Shown one piece after another: positions 26,834 through 38,657 of a stretch of 64,000 nucleotides of DNA. The DNA is from Malacoraja senta (lineage: Eukaryota): positions 9,860,001 to 9,924,000 of the forward strand of contig CM075992.1 in the NCBI GenBank assembly GCA_038087875.1, read 5' to 3'. Under the pieces are notes generated by a model. That model had not been told where the DNA came from, searched no databases, and was given only the letters and a program-made list of their open reading frames with translations. Within the stretch, counting starts at the first letter, position 1. Each line of letters opens with the position of its first letter. The position numbers were made by a program, and so were the translations under genes.

Positions 26834-26944
26834 CTTCACGTAGTCACTCGCGTGACTGCGAAGTAAAATAGTAAGATTAAATGAGAACTTACCAGTTTGA
26901 AGTTTGATCTTTATTTTATGAGGAGTTACGTTGGTGATTACGTG
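26834..26944 (+). repeat. DIRS-B internal complementary region (ICR)
   Basis: Reverse complement of the left end 22473-22508 (3 mismatches) joined to the right end 27093-27170 (3 mismatches). Confidence 0.93.
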
Positions 26945-28039
26945 CCCGCCACGCCCAACCCTCTCTCATAAAAAAGGTCATATGGTAGTTCTCATGTTGC
27001 TCATCTTAATATGTTACTTCAATTATTGTGTTGTCTGTGATTTCACACCGAGCTTTGAAGATTGACGCGCATGCGCCCTGACGGGTCTTCTTCACGTAAT
27101 CACCAACGCAACTCCTCATAAAATAAAGATCAAACTTCAAACTGGTAAGTTCTCGTTTAATCTTCCTATTCTTGATTAGTACGGGTGTCAGATGTTATGG
27201 GGAGAAGGCAGGAGAATGGGGTGAGGAGGGAGAGATAGATCAGTCATGATTGAATGGCGGAGTACACTTGATGGGCCGAATGGCCTAATTATACTACCAT
27301 TTCTTATGACCTAATGACTCGTGACATCGTGTTGTCTATATCTCATTGACCCTTTCCATTAGATTTCTTTTTTTATTGGCGGTTGTAAAGCATATTACGA
27401 TTTTATGTTTCCCGAATGTTTAAACACACAATTCAATTTTACCTTCCTAATTGTGTTTTTTTTCCCCATTTCCCTCTTTTGAATGGTCGATGATCTTGGA
27501 TTCCTGTTGCCTACTTATCTGCTGGACACTGCTCTCTTGAGCCCCAATTGTTCCATTATCCCTTTACTTGTCAATTGAGTCTTGTGAGCATTACAGTTGT
27601 CCGTTCCCAGATTGAGATGTATTTTCCTTCCAATCTGTTCATAACTCTACTAAATAGATTCCACTGTTGTTTTACATTTAAAATACAAAGTGCTGGACTA
27701 GTTAGCGACCTTAGTTAGCTGAGGTACTCAATAACTTTGAATTTCGCTCAAGGTTTCAGCATTTGCAGTTTCTTTTGTTATCTTTGTTAGTGTCATACTC
27801 GTACAGCGTGGAAACAGACCCTTCGCCCCAATGCCCACATCGACCAACATGCCCCATCTACATGCACCTTTGGCCCAAATCCCTCAAAACCTGCCCTATC
27901 TAAATGTCTCTTAATCGTTGCGATAGTACTTGCCTCAACTACCTCCTCTGGCAGATCGTTCCATACACTCACCACTCTCTGTGTAAAAAGGTTACCCCTT
28001 GAGAGAACGTATAAACTCCGCACAGGCAGCACCTGTAGT

Positions 28040-28392
28040 CATAGAAACGTAGAAAATAGGTGCAAGAGTAGGCCATTCGGCCCTTCAAGCCTGCACCGCC
28101 ATTCAATATGATCATGGCTGATCATCCAACTCAGTATCCTGTACCTGCCTTCTCTCCATACCCCCTGATCCCTTTAGCCACCAGGGCCACATCTAACTCC
28201 CTCTTAATTATAGCCAATGAACTGGCCTCAACTACTTTCTGTGGCAGAGAATTCCACAGATTCACCACTCTCTGTGTGGAAAAAAAAATTCTCATCTCGG
28301 TCCTAAAGACTTCCCCCTTAACCTTAAACTGTGACCCCTTGCTCTGGACTTCCCCAACATCGGGAACAATCTTCTTGCATCTAGCCTGTCCA
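28040..28392 (-). mobile_element. CR1 3' fragment inserted in a SINE
   Basis: [29 protein letters not shown]; 3' UTR as at 29221-29560. Confidence 0.85.
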
Positions 28393-28495
28393 GTCGGGAT
28401 CGAACCCGGGTCTCTGGCCCTATAAGGCACCAACACGACCTCTACGGCGCCGAATTGACTTTTTATTTCTTTAAACCTATTGTAAAATGGCTCAG

Positions 28496-31410
28496 TGTAG
28501 GAAGGGACTGCATATGCTGGTTTAAACCGAAGATAGACACAAAATGCTGGAGTAACTCAGCGGGACAGGCAGTATTTCTGGTGACGTTTCGGGTCGAGAC
28601 CCTTCTTCAGACTGTTGTCAGGTGAGACGGAGATACATAGATAAGGAGAGTAAGATGCGAAATTAAAACAAAGAGAATGGAGGTCAAGAAAAATGTAGAA
28701 TAGATCATTGTTAACTGGGAGAAGTTAACAACAAAGCAGAGATTAAATGTAGTCAGAGACAGTAAGACTGGTGTGAGAACTGGGAAGGGGAAGGGATGGA
28801 GAGAGAGGGAAAGCAAGTGTTACTTCAAGTTAGAGATGTCAATGTTCATACCACTGGGGTGTAAGCTGCCAAAGTGAAATTTGAGGTGATGTTCCTCCAA
28901 TTTGCGCTGAGCCTCACTCTGACAATGGAGGAGGCCCAGGACAGAAAGGACAGTGTGGGAATGGGAGGGGGGTTAAAGTGATTGGCATCGGCGAGATGGA
29001 CTGAGCAGAATTCAGCAAAATGATCGCCGAGCCTGCACTTGGTCTCGCCTATGTACACGCGTCCACACCTGGAACAGCGGATACAGTCGGTGAAGTTGGA
29101 GGAGGAGCAAATGAACCTCGGCCTCACATGAAATGACTGTCGGGGTCCGTGGACGGAGTGGGGGGGGGGGTTGTTTGTATAGGGACAGATGTTGCATCTC
29201 CTGCGGTTACATAGATACATAGATACGTAGAAAATAGGTGCAGGAGTAGGCCATTCGGCCCTTCGAGCCTGCACCGCCATTCAATATGATCATGGCTGAT
29301 CATCCAACTCAGTATCCCGTACCTCCCTTCTCTCCATACCCCCTGATCCCCTTAGCCACAAGGGCCACATCTAACTCCCTCTTAAATATAGCCAATGAAC
29401 TGGCCTCAACTACCCTCTGTGGCAGAGAGTTCCAGAGATTCACCACTCTCTGTGTGAAAAGGTTTTTCCTCATCTCGGTCTTAAAGGATTTCCCCCTTAT
29501 CCTTAAGCTGTGACCCCTTGTCCTGGACTTCCCCAACATCGGGAACAATCTTCCTGCATCTAGCCTGTCCAACCCGATAAGAATTTTGTACGTTTCTATA
29601 AGATCCCCTCTCAATCTCCTAAATTCTAGCGAGTATAAGCCAAGTCTATCCAGTCTTTCTTCATATGAAAGTCCTGACATCCCAGGAATCAGTCTGGTGA
29701 ACCTTCTCTGCACTCCCTCTATGGCTATAATGTCCTTCCTCAGATTTGGAGACCAAAACTGTACGCAATACTCCAGGTGTGGTCTCATCAAGACCCTGTA
29801 CAACTGCAGTAGAACCTCCCTGCTCCTATACTCAAATCCTCTTGCTATGAAAGCCAACATACCATTCGCTTTCTTCACTGCCTGCTGCACCTGCATGCCT
29901 ACTTTCAATGACTGGTGTACCATGACACCCAGGTCTCGCTGCATCTCCCCATTTCCTAATCGGCCACAATTTAGCTAATAGTCTGCCTTCCCGTTTTTGC
30001 CACCAAAGTGGATAACCTCACATTTATCCACATTATACTGCATCTGCCAAACATTTGCCCACTCACCCAGCCTATCCAAGTCACCTTGCAGTCTCCTAGC
30101 ATCTACCTCACAGCTAACACTGCCCCCCAGCTTAGTGTCATCCGCAAACTTGGAGATGTTGCTTTCAATTCCCTCATCCAGCTCATTAATATAAATTGTA
30201 AATAGCTGGAGTCCCAGCACTGAGCCTTGCGGTACCCCACTAGTCATTGCCTGCCATTGTGAAAAGGACCCGTTTACTCCTACTCTTTGCTTCCTGTTTG
30301 CCAGCCAGTTCTCTATCCACATCAATACTGAACCACCAATACCGTGTGATTTAAGTTTGTATCCTAATCTCTTATGTGGTACCTTGTCGAAATCCTTCTG
30401 AAAGTTTAGATACAACACATCCACTGGTTCTCCCCTATCCACTCTACTCATTACATCCTCAAAAAATTCTATAAGATTCGTCAGACATGATTTACCTTTC
30501 GTAAATCCATGCTGACTTTGTCCAATGATTTCACCACTTTCCAAATGTGCTGCTATCCCATCTTTAATAACTGACTATAGCAGTTTCCCCACTACCGATG
30601 TTAGACGAACTGGTCTGTAATTCCCCATTTTCTCTCTCCCTCCCTTCTTAAAAAGTGGGGTTACGTTTGCTACCCTCCAATCCTCAGGAACTACTCCAGA
30701 ATCTAAAGAGTTTTTGAAAAATTATCACTAATGCATCCACTATTTCTGGTTCCAGGGGGGAAGTACCTGGGGAGGGACGGTTTGGGTGTCAAGGGACGAG
30801 TTGATCAGGGATTTCCGGAGGGAACGGTCTGCGGAAAGCGGAAATGGGTGTAGATGGGAAGATGTGGCAGGATCCCGTTGGAGGTGGCGAACATGTCGTA
30901 GGATTATGCGATGGCTGATGAGAATTGAGGGTGAGGACTAGGGGGAACTCTCCCTGTTGCAACTGGAAGGAGGGGGAGCAAGAGCGGAACTGCGGGATAT
31001 CGAGGAAGCCAAAGGGAGTGCCTCCATCTATGATGGAGGAGGGGAACCCCTGTTCCCTAACGAATGAGGACCTCATATGGAACACCTCATATTGGGCGCA
31101 GATGCGGCGTAGTTGGAGGAATTAGGAGTAGGGGATAGAGTCTCTACAGGAAGCAGGTTGGGAAGCCGTGTAGTCTAGATAGCTGATGGAGCCAGTGGGT
31201 TAAAATATAGGTCTGTTGATCGTCTCCCTCCTGTGATGGAGACGGTGAGATCTAGAAACGGTAGGGAGATGTCGGAATTGGTCCAAGTAAATTTGAGTGC
31301 AGGATGGAAATTAGTAGTAAACGTAATGAAGTCAGTGAGTTCTGCATGAGTGCAGGAGGTAGCGTGGATGCATTCATCAATGTAGCGGAGGTAGAGTTCG
31401 GAGGAGGTAA
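28496..31410 (-). mobile_element. Penelope-like element (RT C-terminus + GIY-YIG), split by a CR1 insertion
   Basis: LYLRYIDEC (RYIDD-like) and NFHPALKFTW...LPFLDL at ~31400-31245; CIRCSRCGRVYIGETKCRLGDHFAE in ORF 28846-29280; GGTT present on both sides of the inserted CR1. Confidence 0.85.
29209..30747 (-). mobile_element. CR1-clade LINE (HER1-like), 5'-truncated, young
   Basis: RT motifs [33 protein letters not shown]-terminal [13 protein letters not shown] and FTQRVVNLWNSLP; ctatgtat-type tail at ~29209-29230. Confidence 0.95.
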
Positions 31411-32811
31411 AGTGTCTCCGGGTGTTTAATAAGATAACGGAATAATATTAATGAAAGTTAATGCTCGAACTATTAACCTCTGATGAAACCAATATGGAAA
31501 TCCATTGGTGCCGGGGAGATGTAGTCATTGTTGTGTAACAAGGCTAGAGGTGGGAACGGCAAAAATACAGGTTGAAATACAAAGGTGAGTATATTAAGAC
31601 TGGAGGAACTTCAGGCAAGATAGGAGAGCAAGTGCAGGAGTTGTTCAATAGGCTTAGAAGGGGTGACATGTGTATAAGGAGGGTTTAAAGGACAATGGGG
31701 CACATTCAATTAACTGGGACTAGACCAAGATGTCAACTTGGTCGGCATGCGCAAAGGGGGGTCTCCCCCTTCTGTATAGCTCCGTGGCTCTATAAGTGTG
31801 GTCTGCAGAGTTTTGGATGGGGTTCCCTATGGAAACAGAAGAAGGAAACATGGTCAGAGGTTCCTGAAAATAAATCTGAAGTAAAAATAGGAAGGAATGT
31901 GATGAAGTTTGAGCATGAAATGGAAATAGAAGCTTCCCGCTGGGTGAAATAAGACCTTGACATTGCTGCAGTCTGGTTTCCCCTCAAGCAGCAGACCGTG
32001 TTACAGTTAAGATCAATAGCAAGGGTACAGAGTTTGTAGTGGAGACCATAAAGGCTATGCTCTTTCAGTAAATTGGATCTTATTTTGGATTGTATATCGG
32101 TGTGGCACAGGGAGGCAGTGGTCGTATAGGAGTGAGATTGGGTTGAGTTATAGTCAGTGTAAAAGTGACAGCAAATGATGTTACCGAGAGTTAGCTTGAA
32201 CCTAAAAATCGGGTTTAAAATTGAAGTGGAAATTATGTGGTTACTAGATAAATAAGGTGGAAACAGGGCAGGTCTGTTTCGGTTAGATGGAAAAGAGAAG
32301 GGCGAGATGACCAAATACATCGCCAGCTATGGAGCGACAAGGGTTGGAGCTGGCAATGTTGTCGCGCGGGATATCCCCATGTAACGGTTTGTTATTTCGG
32401 TTTTACCTGAACTTCTCATCACCAGATACTGGGCCTAAGATTCCAACTATATTCCATTTAGTTCAATATTCTAATCAACTTGTTTTTAACTGGCGAAAGA
32501 AAAGATGAGGTTTGACATTCAGAATATAATTTCTGCGTGGGGAGTCTTGAACCGGGGTGGAGGGGGGGGGGGTCTCTAGATTTGGAATGAGACCACCTGG
32601 ATAATAATAATAATTTGGAATGAGACCACCTGGAAAATAACTAGAAATCCTTCTGTCAGACAGCTATGAGTCCTTGCAATTCTCTCCCCAGAACACTGAG
32701 TCGTCGAATATATTCAATGCGGAGACATGGAAATCATAGGGAAATCAACGAATATGCTGAACAGGTGAGGAAATTGTGATAAGGAAAAATCAGACAAACC
32801 AAGATCGTATA

Positions 32812-33313
32812 GGGAGTGCAGAGAAGGTTCACCAGACTGATTCCTGGGATGTCAGGACTTTCATATGAAGAAAGACTGGATAGACTTGGCTTATACTCGC
32901 TAGAATTTAGGAGATTGAGAGGGGATCTTATAGAAATGTACAAAATTCTTATGGGGTTGGACAGGCTAGATGCAGGAAGATTGTTCCCGATGTTGGGGAA
33001 GTCCAGGACAAGGGGTCACAGCTTAAGGATAAGGGGGGAATCCTTTAAGACCGAGATGAGGAAAAACCTTTTCACATAGAGAGTGGTGAATCTCTGGAAC
33101 TCTCTGCCACAGAGGGTAGTTGAGGCCAGTTCATTGGCTATATTTAAGAGGGAGTTAGATGTGGCCCTTGTGGCTAAGGGGATCAGGGGGTATGGAGAGA
33201 AGGCAGGTACGGGATACTGAGTTGGATGATCAGCCATGATCATATTGAATGGTGGTGCAGGCTCGAAGGGCCGAATGGCCTACTCCTGCACCTATTTTCT
33301 ATGTATCTATGTA
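32812..33313 (+). mobile_element. CR1 LINE 3' fragment, near-identical to 29209-29720
   Basis: [39 protein letters not shown]; same 3' UTR and tail. Confidence 0.92.
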
Positions 33314-34149
33314 TTGAAATGGGAATGAAGATGGATAGGGTTGGTCAATTTATGCCCTTATTTCTCATCGGGAAAGGAGGTAACTTGGCAGATCTCAAAA
33401 GAGCTAGCACAGTCATAGGGAGCCAAATGGCCTTTTCTGTGCAGGTCTCTTCCCTGACGCTCAGCTCGTGTGTGCTGGAAGTGACATCCCCTTGACACTG
33501 GCATGTGGTAGGTTGTGCTGTCAGGTTTCACCGTTTAGTTTAGTTTAGTTTAGTTTGGAGATACAGTGTGGAAACAGGCCCTTTGGCCCACCGAGTCCGT
33601 GCCGACCAGCGATCACCCCGTACGCTAGCACTATCCTACCACACACTAGGGATAATTTACAGTTTTACCAAGTCAATTAACCATCAAACATGTACGACAT
33701 TAGAGTGTGGGTGTAAACCGGAGCTCCCGGAGAAAACCCACGCGGGTCACGGGATCTCTGAGGCTGCGCCCTCTTATAAGCCGTGAATTTATAAGCCTAA
33801 CCTCAAATTGGTAAAATGGCCACTTGAAGCCAAACCCCTCTGCTCCAAAAGGACGCCCTGCTTGCAAGACCGTTGCCCATATATCTCCCTTATATAGCAG
33901 GTGCCATCGTGACAGAAATACGAGAATAGAGTATTATAAAACATGAAATTTATATCTCAAACGTGAGTTATGGAGGACACCAACCTTAAGGAATTTTTCA
34001 CCCTCTATTCACACTATTTTATCGGTTATTCAACATCTGGGGCTCCTACTGTTGTACGGTTGCAAAGCTAATGTGTGAAACAAGGCATCGATAAAGGCAA
34101 GGAGCTCTTCGTTCAGTCCACTAGCAAAGGTAATAACGAGGGGAAAGGT

Positions 34150-34428
34150 TTAGTTTTGTTTAGTTTAGAGATTCAGCGCGGAAATAGGCCCACCATCTCA
34201 GCCCCGACAAGCGATCCCCGCACACTAACACTATCCTACACACTAGGGGCAATGTACAAAGACGAATTAACGAACAAATGTGTACGTCTTTGGAGTGTGG
34301 GAGGAAACTGGAGCACCCGGAGGAAACCCACACGGTCACAGGAAGAACGTACAAACCCCCTACAGACAGCACCCGTAGTCGGGATCGAACCCGGGTCTCT
34401 GGCGCTGTGAGGCAGCAACCGTGCTGCC
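34150..34428 (-). mobile_element. tRNA-derived V-SINE (HE1-like)
   Basis: Same consensus: gggatcgaacccgggtctctggcgctgtgaggcagc. Confidence 0.85.
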
Positions 34429-35134
34429 CTACGAACAAGGTACCAGTTGATTGGAAGGGAATGAGGGGTTATACTCACCCATGCCTGGTGTGGCGGGGGG
34501 CTATGGGCTGTGGGGGTGGGCGAGCGGGTGAGGGAGTGAGAGGTTGCAGCTCCACGATGGCAGCATCGTGGAGGTCCCCACCCTGATCACACTCAACTAG
34601 TAAACAGATGATCACATGATGTGCCCCGTGCAAGTGATGTCTACAATGGGATTGTGGTCAAAAAACAGATGTCTCGCTTATATTCTACCGCCGGCCACAC
34701 CCGGCCTCGCTTGTATGTGACTTCACGCAGCCAATGTTAGATCGAACTGCCTCCTCGGTTCAGGGGCAGTTAGGAATGGGCAATAAAATCCACATTCAGT
34801 GAGAAATACGAAGGGTCTCGACACGAAACGTCACCTATTCCATTTCTCCGGAGATGCTGTCTGACCCGCTGAGTTACTCCAGCATTTTGTGCCTACAGTT
34901 TAAACCATTCCTTCCTACACAATATAAAGCCACGATAGGCCTGTATCGGCACGAAGGCCTGAATGGCTTCGAGTGCAGGAAACATATATCACAGAACATC
35001 GACCAGTGCTACAACAGGCCCTTCGGCCCACCATATCTGTGCCGACCATGCTGCCAATTTAAACTAATGCCACCTGCCTTTACATTTTCTACATCCCTCC
35101 ATTCCCTGTCTCTTTAAACACTTTAACTCGCCCT

Positions 35135-35360
35135 CCCATTCCCACACTGACCTTTTTTGTCCCATTCCCACACTGACCTTTTTTGTCCCATTCCCACACT
35201 GACCTTTTTTGTCCCATTCCCACACTGACCTTTTTGTCCCATTCCCACACTGAGCTTTTTTGTCACATTCCCACACTGACCTTTTTGTCCCATTCCCACA
35301 CTGACCTTTTTGTCCCATTCCCACACTGACCTTTTTTGTCCCATTCCCACACTGACCTTT
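35135..35360 (+). repeat. 25-26-bp minisatellite, 9 units (cccattcccacactgaccttttttgt)
   Basis: Head-to-tail units; the unit matches an internal Penelope segment (compare 35500-35527). Confidence 0.95.
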
Positions 35361-35943
35361 ACTGTATCCGCTGTTCAGGTGTCAACTCCTGTACATCGGC
35401 GAGACCAAGCGCAGGCTCGGCGATCGTTTCGCTGAACACCCCCGCTCAGTCCGCCTTAACCTACCTGATCTCCCGGTTGCTCAGCACTTCAACTCCCCCT
35501 CCGATTCCCAATCTGACCTTTCTGTCCTGGGCCTCCTCCATTGTCAGAGTAAGACCCAGCGCAAATTGGAGGAACAGCACCTCATATTTGGCTTGTGTAG
35601 CTTACACCCCAACGGTATGAATATTGACTTCTCTAACTTCAAATAGCCCTTGCTTTCCCTCTCTCTCCATCCTTCCCCTTCCCAGTTCTCCCACCAGTCT
35701 TACTGTCTCTCAAATTACATTTTATCTCAGTGTGCTTTGTTGTCACCATCTCCAAGCTAACAATGATCTATTCTACATTTTCATTTATCTACGTCTCTTT
35801 TGATCTCTTACACTTCCCTATCTCTGTCTCCCTCTCCCCTGACTCTCAACCTGAAGGAGGGTCTCGACCCGAAACATCACCCATCCCTTCTATCCAGAGA
35901 TGCTGCCTGTCCAGCTCAGTTACTCCAGTTTTTTATGTCTATC
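35361..35943 (+). mobile_element. Penelope-like element 3' fragment
   Basis: YCIRCS..., YIGETKRRLGDRFAEH, HFNSPSDSQSDLSVLGLLHCQ...KLEEQHLIF, followed by the terminal repeat. Confidence 0.85.
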
Positions 35944-37015
35944 CTCTTAAATGTTGTCGCATCTGTTTCCACCCTCTCCCCCGGCAGCGCATTCCACGCA
36001 TCCACAACTCTCTGTATAAATGCAAAAAAGCTTGCCTCGCAAATCTTTTTAAAACTTTCTCCCTCTCACCGTAAACCTACCTCCTCTAGTATTTGACATT
36101 TCCGTCCTAGGGAAAAAGACTCTTGAATAACAACCATATTTATGGATCTCCTAATATTATGTAATAAAGCCAATGTATATATGTTTTATTGCCCCGAACC
36201 CTCAGCCCGCCTCCCAAATCACCACCTCCCAACTAACTCTCCTCCCCCACTTTAACAAAGGGAAATATTTGGCTCAGCTCGGATCACTTTCGGGAGCCGT
36301 TCTGAGTGGGAGACTGCGGTGTGTGAAAATGTCCTAGCTATGTCTGGACCAGAATCTATCTGGAAAAGATCTATCAGGTTGTGGCTTCACCTCTCCACGA
36401 GCAGATGTGGTTTAGTTTAGTTTAGTTTGGTTTAATTTGGTTTATTTTACTTTACTTTACTTGACTTTAGAGATACAGGGCATAAACCCTCGTACATAAC
36501 ACTATCCTACACACACCAGGGACAATTTACAATCTTTAACGAAGCCAATTAACCTACAAACCTGTATGTCTTTGGAGTGTGGAAAGAAACCAGAGCACCC
36601 GGGGAAAACCCACGCGGTCACAAGGAGAACGTACAAACTCCGTACAGACAGCACCCGTAGGTCAGGATTGAAGCGGGTCCACCCGCTGCGCCACCGCCGT
36701 CTTGCTAGAATTTTAGAAAACTGGGTTCATATAACATCTGAATACATAAACCACATAAACCAATCACTTCATCGTATATTTGCCCCCCCGGCGGTGTTTT
36801 TAAAACATTTATTTTCCTTTCATCGAGCCCGCCCACCTCTCCAGTCAACGTGCTGACGGAGTTGATGGGCAAAGGAATGAGCTCCCGAATGGTTTATCTT
36901 AAAAACGCACAATTCTTCAACTCAGCGATCCAAGTTTTCGCCTGAATTGCGCTGATTAATTGACGTTTGTATTTGATAAATTAACTTTGTTTGTAAGTTT
37001 CCTGCCTGCCAACTT

Positions 37016-37053
37016 TGTGTGTGTGTGTGTGTGTGTGCGTGCGTGTGTGTGTG

Positions 37054-37093
<40 letters not shown>

Positions 37094-37395
37094 TGTGCGT
37101 GTGTGCGTGTGCGTGTGTGCGTGTGCGCGTGAAAGAGAAAGAGAAAGAGAGAGAGAGGGGGGTGATTGTGCGAGTGAGTGTGAATGTGAGTCATGTGTGT
37201 TATTGTGAGTGAGTAAGCGAGTGTAGGTATTTGGGAGTGTGAGTGTGTGTATGATTGTGATTTTGAGTGTGAGTGTGCATGTGTGGTTGTGAGTGCGAGT
37301 GTGAGTGTATGTGTACGGGACTGTGAGTGTGTATCAGTGTGAATGTATTTACATGGGAGCGTGAGTGAGTGAGTGTGTGTCGGTGTGAGCGTGCG
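37016..37395. repeat. Compound (TG)n/(GA)n tract
   Basis: Direct reading. Confidence 0.95.
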
Positions 37396-38329
37396 TTTCA
37401 CTCGGTGTAAATGGACACTTTAGCTCCGTTGCACTGTCGCGGGAGAATCCGAGATGGTCAAAGGGTCCCCCGTCCAACTCTGAGAATGCCTTATCCGAGC
37501 TACTGGCTACACAGAGTAAAGCTGTTTTAATGAAACTCTTTTTAGCATTCCCCCCCCTAACCCTTCATGATTCCTGTTCCACAGACAGAGGGGCGGTTAC
37601 ATCCCAATATGCTTCACCTCGAGAATAACCAAGTCAGTCGGGATCTCGCTGTAAACCTCTAGCCCTGCCTAAAGTACCGGAGTGATAACATAATATATGT
37701 AAAGCTCATTGTTGCTTCTAATAAAAACCTCCCCCCTTCCCCTTTCTCCAGGCAAGCCACAAAGTTGGATATATCACCAATGCAATTCAGAAATAGGTTC
37801 GATCACCACCGTAACCACGTCCCCCTGGGTCGCAACCGCACAGCTCGGAACATTTAACGACACTGTTTTCCCTCCTAGGTAGGTGGTCGATCGAAAGCCA
37901 CACAATACCTCATTCGCAAGACCTATATTTCTCGTTTCCATTTCCCCTGACTCTCAGTCTGAAGAAGGGTCTCGACCCGAAACATCACCCATTCGTTTTC
38001 CCCGGAGATGCTGCCTGACCCGCTGAGTTACCCCAGCTTTTTGTGTCTCTCTTCCGTTTAAGTAGCATCTGCAGTTCCTTCCTACACATGCCCCTTCTGT
38101 TAATTATATTTTCAACCCCTCTCTAAAACAGACCAAAGCGTTTTAACTCCGAGACTCAGCGGCGAATGGGGAAATAAATCAGTGGAGATTTCGTGGATTT
38201 TTTTTTGCAACATAATCTTCAAGTTTACCTTGTTTTTGAAAGGTTTAAGATCGTTTTTCATTTCCGTTTTCATTTCCGCGTTCAAATGGCAGATCTTATA
38301 ACATGTCTGTATTAATAAACTAGATACAC

Positions 38330-38657
38330 TATTAAATTGGACATAAACAATTTAATGCTGATACGTTCTAGTTGATATAAAAAGGCGTGTACGGCTATGA
38401 AAATACCCCGGACACAAATAACAATAACTTACACGAGACAGTGGCTCTGGAAACGCTTCGGTTCCAATAATAATTAAACACGGCTCCGGTTTTTTTTCAG
38501 ATACAATATTTACACGGATTAATGTACAGATGAATGTACAGATTAATGTACAGCTTAATGACTTCACATCAAACCGTTTGCTTTGTATTCTTCACTGGTC
38601 TCTCCCGAAATCCGCTGAAGACGCGAATGGAGGAGGATTGTGCCAGTTCCCCGTCTT
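38330..38657 (-). other. Candidate non-coding terminal (3' UTR) exon of the FoxD gene
   Basis: Strong minus-strand acceptor tgtttgtttcgtttatgtttcAG (38680-38658), followed by non-repetitive UTR-like sequence with CTGTACATT x3, TGTAAATA (38514-38507) and ATTAAA (38356-38351). Would pair with the donor CAG|GTAAGA 19 nt after the stop codon. Confidence 0.45.

Larger units (their letters stand above)
22473..27170 (+). mobile_element. Full-length but coding-degenerate DIRS element (DIRS-B), probably non-autonomous, inserted into a CR1 3' fragment
   Basis: Same termini as DIRS-A (ATTTTACTTCGGAGTCACGTGAGTGACTACGTG ... TTCTCGTTTAATCTT(A/C)CTATT). ITRs 22500-22535 and 27063-27098; ICR 26834-26944. 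Decayed RNase H (GGRWTEQEASFLQTWAINY), MT (IFLPFCLLGRSLQEIKQD) and YR (DEGLSYSTINTALSALS) remnants at ~24670-26600. Confidence 0.93.

Noticed and set aside
31790..32320. 176-aa minus-strand ORF in non-repetitive DNA
   Set aside because: No recognisable domain, coding-like composition or splice context.
35135..35360. CRISPR-like array
   Set aside because: Units are head-to-tail with no unique spacers, derive from a Penelope element, and there are no cas genes; eukaryotic context.
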